Made by a program: the position numbers and the translations under genes
The notes under the pieces: model-generated
What the model was told of the DNA's origin: nothing
Database searches by the model: none
What the model saw: only the letters and a program-made list of their open reading frames with translations
From: Macrostomum lignano
Lineage: Eukaryota
DNA length: 64,000 nucleotides
Assembly (NCBI GenBank): GCA_002269645.1
Contig: NIVC01000532.1
Span: 323,822 to 387,821 of the forward strand
Reading direction: 5' to 3'
Shown: positions 35,546 to 48,499 of the stretch, piece after piece
Layout: each line of letters starts with the position of its first letter
Position numbering within the stretch: the first letter of the stretch is position 1

Positions 35546-38500
35546 CACTGCTCTAGAAGGGCACCGAGGGTGAAAAAAATGTACAGAAGAAAATTTTTGA
35601 ATTTTTGCACTCAGTGGACTGGCCCTTATACCTGGGTGTAATATAAAAAAAATCTGCCAATTTGCTTCCAGAAAATTGGCCTTTTCTGCTTTTTCTGCAA
35701 CAGTCTGCTTTTAGTTGTCAAAAATCTGGAAATTAAAAATGTTGTGCTCAACTTCTTGACTTTTTGGATACGTGGCATTGATCAAAATGTCACTACACAG
35801 TAATGACCTCTTTGATGACTGCTATAAGCTGCCAGGATGTTTCAGCCATAGACAATTTAATAAATTCCATACCTGATGATATTTTCATTATGTACGCTCA
35901 TAATTCACAAGAAATTAGGAAAATGCGCAAATATTAGCCTTATTGCTTTCAAAAAGTTGGCTCTGCCATTTTGCGAAAATTCCGCATTTACATGTATTTC
36001 AAACAAAGCTATAAATAAAAAAAGTAGGTATATTATCATTATTAATTTGCAAATACTTTTGCTTAAACTGAATGCAAAAAAATAAAGGAAGCATTTTAAA
36101 GAAATAGTATTAGATGATTTAACAGAATTAGAAGGTAAAGTTAGTATAGGTGAATTGAAAGAATATAAAAGCATTGTCATTTTTTCATTGCATGTGGCTA
36201 CCAAGGTGACGCAAGAATTCATCACATATGTCTCGAGTTGTATATGATAGTGCATCGCAGCAGCCGTTGTGGATACTCTGGATGCGTTAAAGCTGTCCGA
36301 AAGCCTCTTGTCCACAGCTGGCCAAAGTCACTATGGACGGACTCGCTCGCCTGTTCGGACCAAAAGCCAAGGCCGCGATATCGAGGCTGCTTCCCATTCT
36401 CCATGTGACGGTTTTGGTGCTCAATTTCTGCCTGAAGAAACTCTGGAACATGTGCTAGTAGCGCATGTACCTTTGGACTAATGTTGATGTCCAAGCTCAT
36501 ATAAGCGCTGGAAAATTCCGAAATGGCTTGCTCAAATCCAGGCAGCAGCTCATTGCCAAAGCACAGTCGCTTTACATTGCTGAAGCAGCGCATAGAATGG
36601 AGAACTGGCATCGAACTGAAAGCACAATGGTCGGTCAGGATCTGCTCAAGGATATCGACTCCTTCAAGTAGCTTGCTGCATTCATTACCATTGAATGTTC
36701 CACCATGCTGCTTTGAACGGCAGATGTTCAGCTGTCTTGTCCAGGCTGCTGCAGTCACTACGCCACCAGTGTCTGTCGTCAAGCGTGAATCAAGCTCATC
36801 ATACAGCCTATTAACGATTCCTAACATTAGATGGAGCTCCATTGGTGGGATCAGCTGTAGAACAGGAACGCTGTCATCTGCATCCAATAGAGGTTGGTGA
36901 ACACAGTTTTTGAAGCATGCAGCAGAAATGCTTTGACATCTGCTTTTTTGATCATTTGCCTGCTGGAACTCTGTTGCTAATTGTCGAATCCGACCAAGTG
37001 TGCGCGAGTTTGCTCCCGAGTTTTGCTGCACGAACTTTGACTTGGGCTGCTCGCACCATGGGCAGGGATGCGTGCTGCTACAGGCCTGTAGCCCTAGGAT
37101 CAAATTCGCCAACTTCATGTCTACGGCACAGATAAATGTTACAGCTTCAAGTCGCAAAAGTGCAAGAACTTTCTTCAGGTTGTAATAGCTTTCGCAAACA
37201 TTTTCAACTATGGCTAGCAAGATGAGCTTCTTAACTCCGCTGGCTTGTGGCTCAGAAGATGCTGCACGTTTCTCTACCTGTGCTTCTGGAAGAGAAACAT
37301 CAATGATGTTTGCGCAGACTTTTAAAAAACCTCCGCCTCCATCGATTCCGATCTTTACTACAGACTCAGCGGGATTGATCTGGCGGTTCTCTATTATTCG
37401 AGACAGCAGCAGACCAACATCTGGGCAGTACGCAACGGTGCGCAGCTCTTGTTGGTCTCCCTTAATTTGCAGCGGAAGCTGTGCAACTTGGAAAAACTCT
37501 TGAAGAATGATGTCAATCTCTCGAAGTTTTTGCTCAAGATTTGGCTCAAATGCATTGCGCCCTTGCCATTCGCGTATCTTCTGCGCTGCCTGCTTAGTTT
37601 GCCGCTGGCTTAGCCTTAGATCCCGCTGAAATTGGCTGAACTGCTCTGCAGAAATGGTATCCGCTTCCCTACTATTCAAAGATTGACGTTTCTGCTGCCC
37701 AAAACTTACTGTTAAAGATCTTCCACGAGTTGCCAGCTGGACATTCCTGCTTTCAAAGGGTCCGCTAGAAGCTTCAACCGTCTTCAGTATGTCTGAAGCC
37801 TGGATCTCAGCCCCACGCTTGTCCATTAAGAGCTGCTCAGACAGATTGGCACGCCTTTGTGTAATCGTGCAAGCGTGGCTCTTTCCTCTGCTAATTTTAG
37901 AATGGCAGCGTCCGCAAATGGTGACCGGATTGGCAGACGGCAGTGGGTCCAAACTATCAATCGGCGGGCGCCCGATGGGATGCGGTCGATGCTTAGCCGT
38001 TCCTAATCCTTGACCAATAGGATTTTCGCGTGCAATCACACAGATTTTGCACTCACATCGAGGACTTTGTCGCGTTAGTGGTGCTAGCAAGACTGACTTC
38101 ATATTTAAAGCTGCTGGTAGACAATCTCGGGTCTTAATTCCAACGTCCACATCGTGCAATAAATGTCGGCACCTTGAGCAGATGGCAGTAGGTAGACGAG
38201 CATCTTCAAGATCAGCTTCAAACTGCAGCAGACGACAGATGCGATCAGAGATTTTCTCAGTGATTGGAGAACATGAGCTACCTTTTTGAAGCACAGTAGG
38301 CAAACTTTGAGCCTGTTTTCATCGTGAGACTTGTGGCTAGCCATTTTGGTGGGTTGATTTATCCATGAACCAAAAACGTATATATATATATATATACACA
38401 ATATTACTTACGCGACTCACCTGGAGTACACTTCACTTGGCTACTCAACAAATTGAAATTCTGATGCAATAAATACACTAGCAGTAGGAAGAGTTGAAAT

Positions 38501-39013
38501 AAGAAGTAGAAAATGTACATCTGTACGTGGATTATGGGTCCAATTGATTTTAATTTGTCTACGAGCGTATTCTGTTGTATCAGTCATTGTACTCAATCAG
38601 TCAAATAACAAATTTTCCTTTAAACTGATTGTATACATTGATCAAATTATGGTTATGACTCAGCTCCAAGCTATATATTGCCAAATGCATGCAAAATTAT
38701 AATGTTCAGCATTTGTGACCCTCAAGCCAACTTTTATATTGCGCAATTCCCCTAAATTCACGAATTTACATTTGAAAATATTATCACGTATCCAAAGAGT
38801 CAAGAAATTGAGCACAACATTTTTAATTTCCAGATTTTTGACAACTAAAAGCAGACTGTTGCAGAAAAAGCAGAAAAGGCCAATTTTCTGGAAACAAATT
38901 GGCAGATTTTTTTAATATTACACCCTGGTATAAGGGCCAGTCCACTGAGTGCAAAAATGCAAAAATTTTCTTCTGTACATTTTTTTCACCCTCGGTGCCC
39001 TTCTAGAGCAGTG
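35546..39013 (-). mobile_element. Cut-and-paste DNA transposon, Chapaev-like (CMC/Transib/RAG1-related), 3468 bp, 229-bp TIRs
   Basis: 35546-35774 and 38785-39013 are inverted repeats (CACTGCTCTAGAAGGGCACCGAGG...GGATACGTG) with 6 mismatches by manual alignment. Termini are CAC...GTG and there is one long transposase ORF inside. No target-site duplication was found (flanks CTCTA / TGGCT). Confidence 0.9.
36222..38344 (-). CDS. DDE transposase, Chapaev/CMC-type (~707 aa if a 1-nt frameshift at the A5 run 38283-38287 is corrected)
   Basis: The 693-aa ORF 36222-38303 carries KIGIDGGGGFLK, VDMKLANLILGLQACSSTHPCPWC, PPMELHLMLG, FNGNECSKLL, PKVHALLAHVPEF and GFWSEQASESVHSDF: D, D and E plus CxxC and HxxxxH. 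The adjacent frame supplies ATG 38344 MASHKSHDENRLKVCLLCFKK. Confidence 0.85.
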
Positions 39014-39418
39014 TGGCTGTTGTCTAATAAAAACTTAGATTGAAAGCGACTGATACGATTTATGATTTAAGATGCTTACTGACCTCTAACTGTACTGAGA
39101 AATCCTGTGTACTATATAATTCCTAAGTTGCTGTGTTAGAAATAGTCAACACTGCCACCACTGCGCACTGTCTCCCTGTCTAACTGAAATGCTAAGCTAT
39201 TCCCAGAGTTAGCTGAGCTTGCAAGCTATCTTCTGCTCCTTTCACACGCTATTCTAAAGTTTCTATTCAATAAAATGTTTTAAATCGTATCGATTGATAT
39301 TATTGTACTAGTCTTTGTTTCCTTATATAGTTCCTGTCCTCTCTATCGCTGCTTTGGAAAAATCGGAGTACTCTGATGTCTCTATTGTTTGTTCTTTAAC
39401 ATTAGTAGCTTTGCAGCG

Positions 39419-39883
39419 AATATCTATGGCCAAGCCGAGCTCAATGCTAACAGGGGCGCCGTAAGATTCACCCATATAGTCTATGGCCAAGCCGAGCTCA
39501 ATGCTAACAGCCGAGCCATAAGCTTCACCCAAATAGTCTATGGCCAAGCCGAGCTCAATGCTAACAGTGGAGCCATAAGCTTCACCCATATAGTCTATGG
39601 CCAAGCCGAGCTCAAGGCTAACAGCGGAGCCATAAGCTTCACCAATATAGTCTATGGCCAAGCCGAACTCAATGCTAACAGTGGAGCCATAAGCTTCACC
39701 CATATAGTCTATGGCCAAGCCGAGCTCAATGCTAACAGTGGAGCCATAAGCTTCACCCATATAGTCTATGGCCAAGCCGAGCTCAAGGCTAACAGCGGAG
39801 CCATAAGCTTCACCAATATAGTCTATGGCCAAGCCGAACTCAATGCTAACAGTGGAGCCATAAGCTTCACCCATATAGTCTAT
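39419..39883. repeat. 57-bp tandem repeat, 8 units (ATAGTCTATGGCCAAGCCGAGCTCAATGCTAACAGTGGAGCCATAAGCTTCACCCAT)
   Basis: Units 3-5 are repeated as units 6-8 (171-bp duplication). One frame is open on each strand. Confidence 0.95.
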
Positions 39884-39940
39884 GGCTCAAAGTCAATCGA
39901 ATTTCTGTTTTTTGCTGTACCCTTGCAATCTAGCAGGGTT

Positions 39941-41036
39941 CAGGGACTACTCAATTCTCGGGACGGGAAACGGCCAAATGATGCAGAAAAAAGATGGAGG
40001 CCGATTTTCTCTGTTCTCTGCTGGTCTTATGTTTTATCGCAAGAGCTTCAGCTTTTCACTATGTTAACAAAATTTATCCCTCTTCAACTTCCTGTAGCCT
40101 GTTTCTACTCAAATAATTTCGGATAAATGCTAGGAGACATTTTATACAGTACCCCTTTAATACACAAACTCGATGCTTGATAAGCCAAGTGCATCTGTTG
40201 TAGAAGTCTGTGGGAAACATTGAAGCAAGAAGTGAAAGCTTGATTCGTGATGACAGTATTTTCTAATTCCAACACTTGAAGAAATGACGACGACATCGCT
40301 TTCAACTCATGCTGAACAAACAGTTGAAAATTCATGCATCGAACGATAATGGCATCGAGTTGTGAAAAATACTTCAATGTAGGCTGGAATCCTAGCAGAT
40401 CTCTCAGCGGAACCGGCGAATGATAGTGAAAAGCACGAGTTGCAAAGTTGGACGAAATAAAAATCTTGATCTTTAGTGCTCCGCTCGAATCCAAACCAAA
40501 CAAATAAACTTCTTCATTGCATAACGATACAAACAGCGAATGTTGAGCAACGATATCTGATGATTTGAGTGCAGAAACGAGCTCGCTCCAGCCTGGCAAA
40601 CTGTCGATTTTACGAAATTCTTCCAACTCGTCCGGTTTAAAATTTCTTTCGGCAGACAAAACGCGACGGACTTTTGGTTTTCTCGCTAATGCTAAAATGG
40701 TATCAGTCCTTACCTTATAGGCCATCGTATAATACAAGCTTTCACTTCTTGCTTCAATGTTTCCCATAGACTTCTACAACAGATGCACTTGGCTTATCAA
40801 GCATCGAGTTTGTGTATTAAAGGGGTACTGTATAAAATGTCTCCTAGCATTTATCCGAAATTATTTGAGTAGAAACAGGCTACAGGAAGTTGAAGAGGGA
40901 TAATTTTTGTTAACATAGTGAAAAGCTGAAGCTCTTGCGATAAAACATAAGATCAGCAGAGAACAGAGAAAATCGGCCTCCATCTTTTTTCTGCATGATT
41001 TGGCCGTTTCCCGTCCCGAGAATTGAGTAGTCCCTG
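39941..41036. mobile_element. Non-autonomous TIR DNA transposon, 1096 bp, 302-bp TIRs, 8-bp TSD (P/Galileo- or hAT-like)
   Basis: 39941-40242 and 40735-41036 are inverted copies (CAGGGACTACTCAATTCTCGGGACGGG...) with 4 mismatches by manual alignment. An identical 8-bp GCAGGGTT flank lies at 39933-39940 and 41037-41044. The 492-bp spacer carries a stop-free minus-strand frame. Confidence 0.9.
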
Positions 41037-41990
41037 GCAGGGTTCTAATTACTTATTTCCATCCAGTCTGCAACAGAGGTGCCAGACAAGATGACAGTCT
41101 CAGCAAGTAGGATAGTCAGGCAGACTGATAGACAGACAACCCTCACTTCTTCGTCACTATTGGTCAACTTTTATTTGATGAATTATTCTGTGTTTGAGCA
41201 GCAGGGTCGCGCAGTGAGCCACAGCTCTGGTAATTAGTGGTCAGATAGAGCCGCCAGTGTTCTCTCTGCTTTTAAAAAAGAGAATAGTTAAAGACACGAG
41301 ACAGCTATCGAGCTTAGCGCAAAGCAAAATGAAATACAACTCAACAAAAGGTCTGGCAAGAGAGTAATAGAAATTGCTCTTTTGACAAGACGCCGGGACG
41401 CGCAGCTAGTGTTTGGCAGTCTAGGCTGTCGAATACAAGAGGCTTAAGCCTCGGGGAAGTGTTTACAAACCGAAACCCACCCTCCCCGCCTCTACTCACT
41501 CGGGAGTGGAAAGTGAAGGCGAACCAGAGACACTGATCTTTCCTGCAGCTCTCCGCGTCACACACTGCTCCACCCGGAAGACACAGCTAGGCACTTACCT
41601 TGACAGGAGGGTCAATAACCACCTCAGAGAGCAGCCCACTCGTTCCCTTCCGAGATCTCTGTCTATTTCTCATTCCCCTCTGCTGTCTAACTTAGAGACC
41701 TTGAGGTCCTTGACAACGGGCAAACAGATCTCCAAAATAATGGCACGTTGCCACCAATCTAGGCAGGGTTGGGAGACAGCTGATCTTTAACTGCCTGACT
41801 TCTCATATTAGTGACTATCGGTGAATAAACACAGCGGAGGATTGCCGACCCGGAAGGCAGATGGCGTGACGGCGCAGAGCTGGAGAGTTTAATTACACCA
41901 GGAATTGGTGCAGCCTTGAAGTCAGCTTTGCCAAGGCAAAATGTGCCTGCCACAAGAGGTGTCAATAAGCTGGGCCTTGCAATAGACATG

Positions 41991-42775
41991 CGCCACAATC
42001 TAGCGCCACAATCTAGCGCCACAATCTAGCGCCATAGTCTAGCACCAACAATCTAGCGCCACAATCTAGCGCCACAATCTAGCGCCACAATCTAGCGCCA
42101 CAATCTAGTGCCATAGTCTAGCACCAACAATCTAGCGCCACAATCTAGCGCCACAATCTAGCGCCACAATCTAGCGCCACAATCTAGCGCCATAGTCTAG
42201 CGCCACAATCTAGCGCCACAATCTAGCGCCACAATCTAGCGCCATAGTCTAGCACCAACAATCTAGCGCCAGAATCTAGCGCCAAAATTGATTGCCACAA
42301 TCTAGCGCCATAGTCTAGCACCAACAATCTAGCGCCACAATCTAGCGCCACAATCTAGCGCCATAGTCTAGCGCCACAATCTAGCGCCACAATCTAGCGC
42401 CATAGTCTAGCACCAACAATCTAGCGCCACAATCTAGCGCCACAATCTAGCGCCATAGTCTAGCGCCACAATCTAGCGCCACAATCTAGCGCCATAGTCT
42501 AGCACCAACAATCTAGCGCCACAATCTAGCGCCACAATCTAGCGCCACAATCTAGCGCCACAATCTAGCGCCACAATCTAGCGCCACAATCTAGCGCCAT
42601 AGTCTAGCACCAACAATCTAGCGCCAGAATCTAGCGCCAAAATTGATTGCCACTATCTAGCGCTATAGTCTAGCGCCACTATCTAGCGCCACACTCAGGC
42701 GCCACAATGTCGTGCCATAGTCTAGCGCCATAGTCTACTGCCAGAATCTAGCGCCACTATCTAGCGCCACAATCT
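41991..42775. repeat. 13-bp minisatellite (GCGCCACAATCTA)n
   Basis: Directly visible tandem units with periodic variants. Confidence 0.95.
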
Positions 42776-43604
42776 GATGCTTGAATTTCCTTACCAAAGA
42801 ATCTCTTCCATTCAAAGAAGAAAGCATCGCTAATCTGTAGTGAAGTCGCTCAGTCCTTTCCTGTTTTCTTCCTGCCTCGGAAGGAAGCCCCGAGATTCGG
42901 CGCGCGTGGGGAGGTGACTGGGGGTGGCTGGGTGCTCAAGAGCTGCCAATTTGTTAATGCCGATAAAAAGGAGCGATGGAGAGAGAGAGGGTGGAGGAGG
43001 AGAAGATAAACGGGAAAGAGAGCCAAAAAGGATTCCCAGTTGAGGCCAGCAAGGGTAATTTGGTTTCCTCAACAATGCCTCATCAGAGTCGAAGGGAAGG
43101 CGGCCCAGCATCCCTTGGCCCACTTGACAAGTGGGAGAAGCCAGTTGAGCAATTGGCCGCGGCTCAAGACAGAAGAGAGCAGACTCAGGAAGTGAGGCTG
43201 GATGTTTGATGTGGCAAATTTGTCGCAAAAAGATGTGAAGCCGCCGCCGCCGCCGCCACCTCCGCTGAGGGGGCCCGGGGAAAAGCAGAAATTGCATCAG
43301 CCTCGTTATCTCGTTAAAGCAGCAAAAGAAGAGGATGGGCGTGGCAGATAGGAAGGCCGAGTTTCCAGGGAGGTGGGGGAGCATTGATGGGGCTTCCAGC
43401 TTCCTGATTCTATTTTGATTTGCCTCATTTGATTGGTTGAATTGGTTGGCCTGGGCCTCGCTCTGAGAGAGCAGAAGCTCGGCTGATAAAAGTTGCGCGA
43501 ATCGCTTTATCAAAATCGGTTAATTTGTGGCCGAGTTCAGCTTAAGGATATTGGGGATCTTGGCTGCGAACTGTAACTGCAGGGGAATGCGATGCTTACC
43601 GTGA

Positions 43605-44820
43605 GATTTCTCATGTGTCACCAACACTGATGGGTCACAGATTCTCATGTATCCTAGATTCTTATGTACATCAGATTCTCATGTACCCTGATTCTCATGT
43701 ATCACCGATTCTCATGTATCACAGATTCTCATGTATCGCAGATTCTCATGTATCACAGATTCTCATGTATCACAGATTCTCATGTGTCTCAGATTTTAAT
43801 GTATCACAGATTTCCATGTATCACAGATTCTCATGTATCCCAGATTCTCATGTATCACAGATTCTCATGTATCACAGATTTTCATGTATCGCCGATTCTC
43901 ATGTATCACAGATTCTCATGTATCACAGATTCTCATGTATCACAGATTCTCATGTATCACAGATTCTCATGTATCACAGATTCTCATGTATCACAGATTC
44001 TCATGTGTCTCAGATTTTAATGTATCACAGATTTCCATGTATCACAGATTCTCATGTATCCCAGATTCTCATGTATCACAGATTCTCATGTATCACAGAT
44101 TTTCATGTATCGCCGATTCTCATGTATCACAGATTCTCATGTATCACAGATTCTCATGTATCACAGATTCTCAGGTATCACCGATTCTCGTGAATCACCG
44201 ATTCTTACGTATCACAGAATCTTATGTATCACAGATTCTCATGTGTCACAGATTTTCATGTATCACCGATTCTCATGTATCACAGATTCTCATGTATCAC
44301 AGATTCTCATGTATCACCGATTCTCATGTATCACAGATTCTCATGTATCACAGATTCGCAGGTATCACCGATTCTCGTGAATCACCGATTCTTACGTATC
44401 ACAGAATCTTATGTATCACAGATTCTCATGTGTCACAGATTTTCATGTATCACCGATTCTCATGTATCACAGAATCTTATGTATCACAGATTCTCATGTA
44501 TCCCAGATTCTCATGTATCACAGATTCTCATGTATCACAGATTCTAAGGTATCACAGATTCTCATGTATCACAGATTCTCATGTATCACAGATTCTCATG
44601 TATCACAGATTCGCAGGTATCACCGATTCTCGTGAATCACCGATTCTTACGTATCACAGATTCTCAGATATCACAGATTCCCATGCATCACATATTTTCA
44701 TGTATTTCATGTATTTTCATGTTCCACTGATTCTTATGTATCACAGATTTTCATATATCACATATTTTCATGTATTTTATGTACTCTCATGTATCACCGA
44801 TTCTCGTGTATCACTGATTT
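43605..44820. repeat. 17-bp minisatellite (GATTCTCATGTATCACA)n
   Basis: Tandem units. Source of the 43615-44996 ORFs. Confidence 0.96.
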
Positions 44821-45355
44821 TCATTTCATGTATTTTATGCATCGCAAATTCTACTTTTGTCTGGTATTATATTGCTGTTTATATATTCCTTGATATTTTT
44901 TCTGCTTTTATAACATCGAATTGTAGGATGAGAGATGCCAGCCACAAAGGCCGACGTCAACCGTGGCAGCTGTTGACTCAGCCAAACCAGCTGTGAGTTG
45001 ATTGCTCTTAAAATTTGAGTCTCTTCATTATCTTTCCTAGCTGCATCTTTCGCCGACTCACAGTCTGTCATGTGTTCAAGCGGATTGTCAAGGGGCTGTT
45101 AGATCATCGTGAGATGTTCTGAAGTTCCCAGTGCAGGCTCTTATTCAGCCGATTAGAAATGAATGAGCTCCAAGCCAGTGCAATTGCCAATAATTGGCGC
45201 TATCGAATTTTCATTTGTGGTTTCCTGCCTGCCTTGCTTCGTCTGCTTTTTGGTTTCTCACACTTTATTCACAGAAGTAGTTTCAGCAATGCTAATCAGC
45301 TTTTTGTATTAGGATCCTTTTGTGTATGAGAGACCAAAGGAAGAAAGGTAAGAAG

Positions 45356-46195
45356 GATTAGGAAGCGATGGATTAGGAAGCGATAGATTAGGAAGCGATG
45401 GATTAGGAAGCGATGGATTAGGAAGCGATGGAGTAAGAAGCGATGGATTAGGAAGCGGTGGAGTAAGAAGAGATGGGTTAGGAAGCGATGGATTAGGAAG
45501 CGATGGATTAGGAAGCGATGGATTAGGAAGCGACGGATTAGGAAGCGATGGAGTAAGAAGCGATGGATTAGGAAGCGATGGATTAGGAAGCGATGGATTA
45601 GGAAGCGACGGATTAGGAAGCGATGGATTAGGAAGCGATGGATTAGGAAGCGATGGATTAGGAAGCGATGGATTAGGAAGCGATGGATTAGGAAGCGATG
45701 GATTAGGAAGCGATGGATTAGGAAGCGATGGATTAGGAAGCGATGGATTAGAAAGCGATGGATTAGGAAGCGATGGATTAGGAAGCGATAGATTAGGAAG
45801 CGATGGATTAGGAAGCGATGGATTAGGAAGCGATGGAGTAAGAAGCGATGGATTAGGAAGCGGTGGAGTAAGAAGAGATGGGTTAGGAAGCGATGGATTA
45901 GGAAGCGATGGATTAGGAAGCGATGGATTAGGAAGCGACGGATTAGGAAGCGATGGAGTAAGAAGCGATGGATTAGGAAGCGATGGATTAGGAAGCGATG
46001 GATTAGGAAGCGACGGATTAGGAAGCGATGGATTAGGAAGCGATGGATTAGGAAGCGATGGATTAGGAAGCGATGGATTAGGAAGCGATGGATTAGGAAG
46101 CGATGGATTAGGAAGCGATGGATTAGGAAGCGATGGATTAGGAAGCGATGGATTAGAAAGCGATGGATTAGGAAGCGATGGATTAGAAAGTGACG
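45356..46195. repeat. 15-bp minisatellite (GATTAGGAAGCGATG)n
   Basis: About 56 units. ORF 45296-46267 (FLIHR)n is its translation. Confidence 0.97.
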
Positions 46196-48499
46196 CGGAT
46201 TAAGAAGCAAGGGATTAAGAATCGAGGAGTTAAGAAGCATAGATAAAGGGGGCGCGTGCTCCAGCAAAGAAACTGAAACGAGCCAAAGCAGACAAGACTA
46301 AATCATTGTAAGCTAATACTCAGCGGCCAACTTTGCAGTCTTTGTCTCTGGAAAATCAAGCGAAAAGAATCAGCATTTCCAACAACCCTGTTAACCTGCA
46401 TGATCATTAATCACTCATGCCGGTATGAAGCTCAGCTGGAAGGCATAACAGGGATCACGACTGTGTGCCACCCCATCTGTTGTTTTCGAGCTCCATATTG
46501 ACGTCCGGTTACAACCCTATCTCCCTACCTCTCCCAGCCACTTCACATCCTGCCCAGTGCCCCCATTCGAACTCAGGTTTGAATTGTCCGGAAACTCGAT
46601 GAGCCTCGCTATTCGATAGCAATCTAAGCAGTCAGGTAAGAGCCGATGGCCCGGCTCCTTTTTTTGAGTGCAGATCGCATGCGGGGCATTAAAATGAAAG
46701 AGAGAGAGAGAAAGAGAAAGGTGCGCCAATCTTCGGAGTGAAATTATAACCAAATGCCATCCGTATCATCCATCTGCATTAGCCGCCGTTATGCGCAGGA
46801 CCGTGATCGATATTTTGCCTGGCGATTCTCCAGAGTCCGGTTCGGTAGGGCGGTGGGGGATTAAAAATGGGCGGCGGATCTGCCCAGCTCTCCGAGAGCT
46901 CCTCCCACGGCCCGCTCTTCCGCCGATCCGTCTCGGAGACAAAAAACATCTGGCCAACTTCATCTTGGCTCACCTCCGGTATAGCAGCCGAATAGGGGAT
47001 TTAATAGGATTAAAAAGCCGGGCTGCTTATGAATACACGCGATACGACACGCTGGTCAAATTGCATGAAAGATTGGGGCCGGAGCCGCGCGGCCCCGCCC
47101 AAAGTCTGGAGTCAAAGCGGCCATCTGCTGCAGAAAAAATATTTGTTTCATGACAGTCGCTGACTTATCATAATTACACGTATACAGTGATACATGTATA
47201 TGCCAATCTCCAATGTCGATCTTTGATCGAGGAGCGAGATCGCTTTATAAAAAATTGTCGCTTGGCTACCATTAAATTATCAACTTTTGTTTATTGAGAT
47301 TAATTTCCTCACTTTTGGTTGGATTTTAATAGAATATATTCTGGACGGTGTATAGTACTAATAGTAGTAATAAATATAAAACGTGTGGTTAAAATACAGC
47401 ATTAGTAGTAGATGACATGCTCTCAGAAGTATTGATAGAAACTGACGCAAAAGTCAAAGACCACTGTATATTAAGGAAAATCTGTCCTTAAAAAAATTGG
47501 TCTTTAAAAACTGGATATACAGTGGTCCTTGGCAAAAGTTTTTGTAATTGGAATGGATGGCTTCTGATTAAAACTATTTAACACAAAAAGCGGAAAAAAG
47601 TTAAATACCTTGTCCATACAAACAAGACACAAAAAGTAAAAAAAGCAGTTAAAAAGTGTACATTGCGCATAAAAAAATAGTTTACTTCGAAAAAATTTAT
47701 TTACTCTTTTCAGCAATTAAGTATGTTAATCAAATTTTGTTTTATCGCCCTAAAGCTTCGTTTCTAGTTTTCAAAAGCATCATATAAGATAAATTTAATC
47801 AGGGTTTGCACGAAAATTGACTAGCATACAGAAATACTATACTATACTCCATTGAACTTTAATCCAACAATATTACTGAGCTAAAGCTATTGAGCAAGAG
47901 CATCTTTGTCTATTTCACAAAGGAGCCAAACAAACATCATCAGTTAATAAAAGAGAAATAAAAGATTTAATAGAAAACTAGAGAATGGGCATATGCAAAT
48001 ATACAGCTAGCCGCAAAGCCAAAGGACAAAAGTACTTTAGAGAGATGGAAAATTTATTTTTTTGTATAGGTTTTTGGAAGAATAATAAATTGATATGCTA
48101 ATTAAATATCTTCAATGATATCATGCTCAGGGTTTATTATAAGAGAAGAGACTTAGGTAATTTAATGACCACTGAAAAATAACATATTAGCATAGAAGCA
48201 TAGATTTTTATAAAATTTTGAACATATTGTGGATAATAGTAATAAAGTTGAGCACTAAGTGGCTTACCAATCAGGATAATTTAGCTTAGAATAATACTGT
48301 ACATATAAAATAAATAATTAGGTTAGAAAGACAAAATATCATATTTGATAACAAAATGCTATCATAAAGAATCATAGACCATATTAGTATATGGAAGTAA
48401 TAAGTGAACTTAAATAGGAGCTATCAAATCCCATAATTGCTAATTGCTAATGAAAGCCATATTTTTTAAGACTTATAATCAAATAGATAAATAGATACT

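Noticed and set aside
35905-36315. 136-aa ORF inside the Chapaev-like element as a RAG2-like partner
   Set aside because: It is short and AT-rich, overlaps the transposase 3' end, and has no kelch or PHD features.
47459-47527. 12-bp inverted pair GACCACTGTATA / TATACAGTGGTC resembling Tc1/mariner ends
   Set aside because: The ends face outward and I could not find matching partner termini or a transposase; may be chance or a very old remnant.
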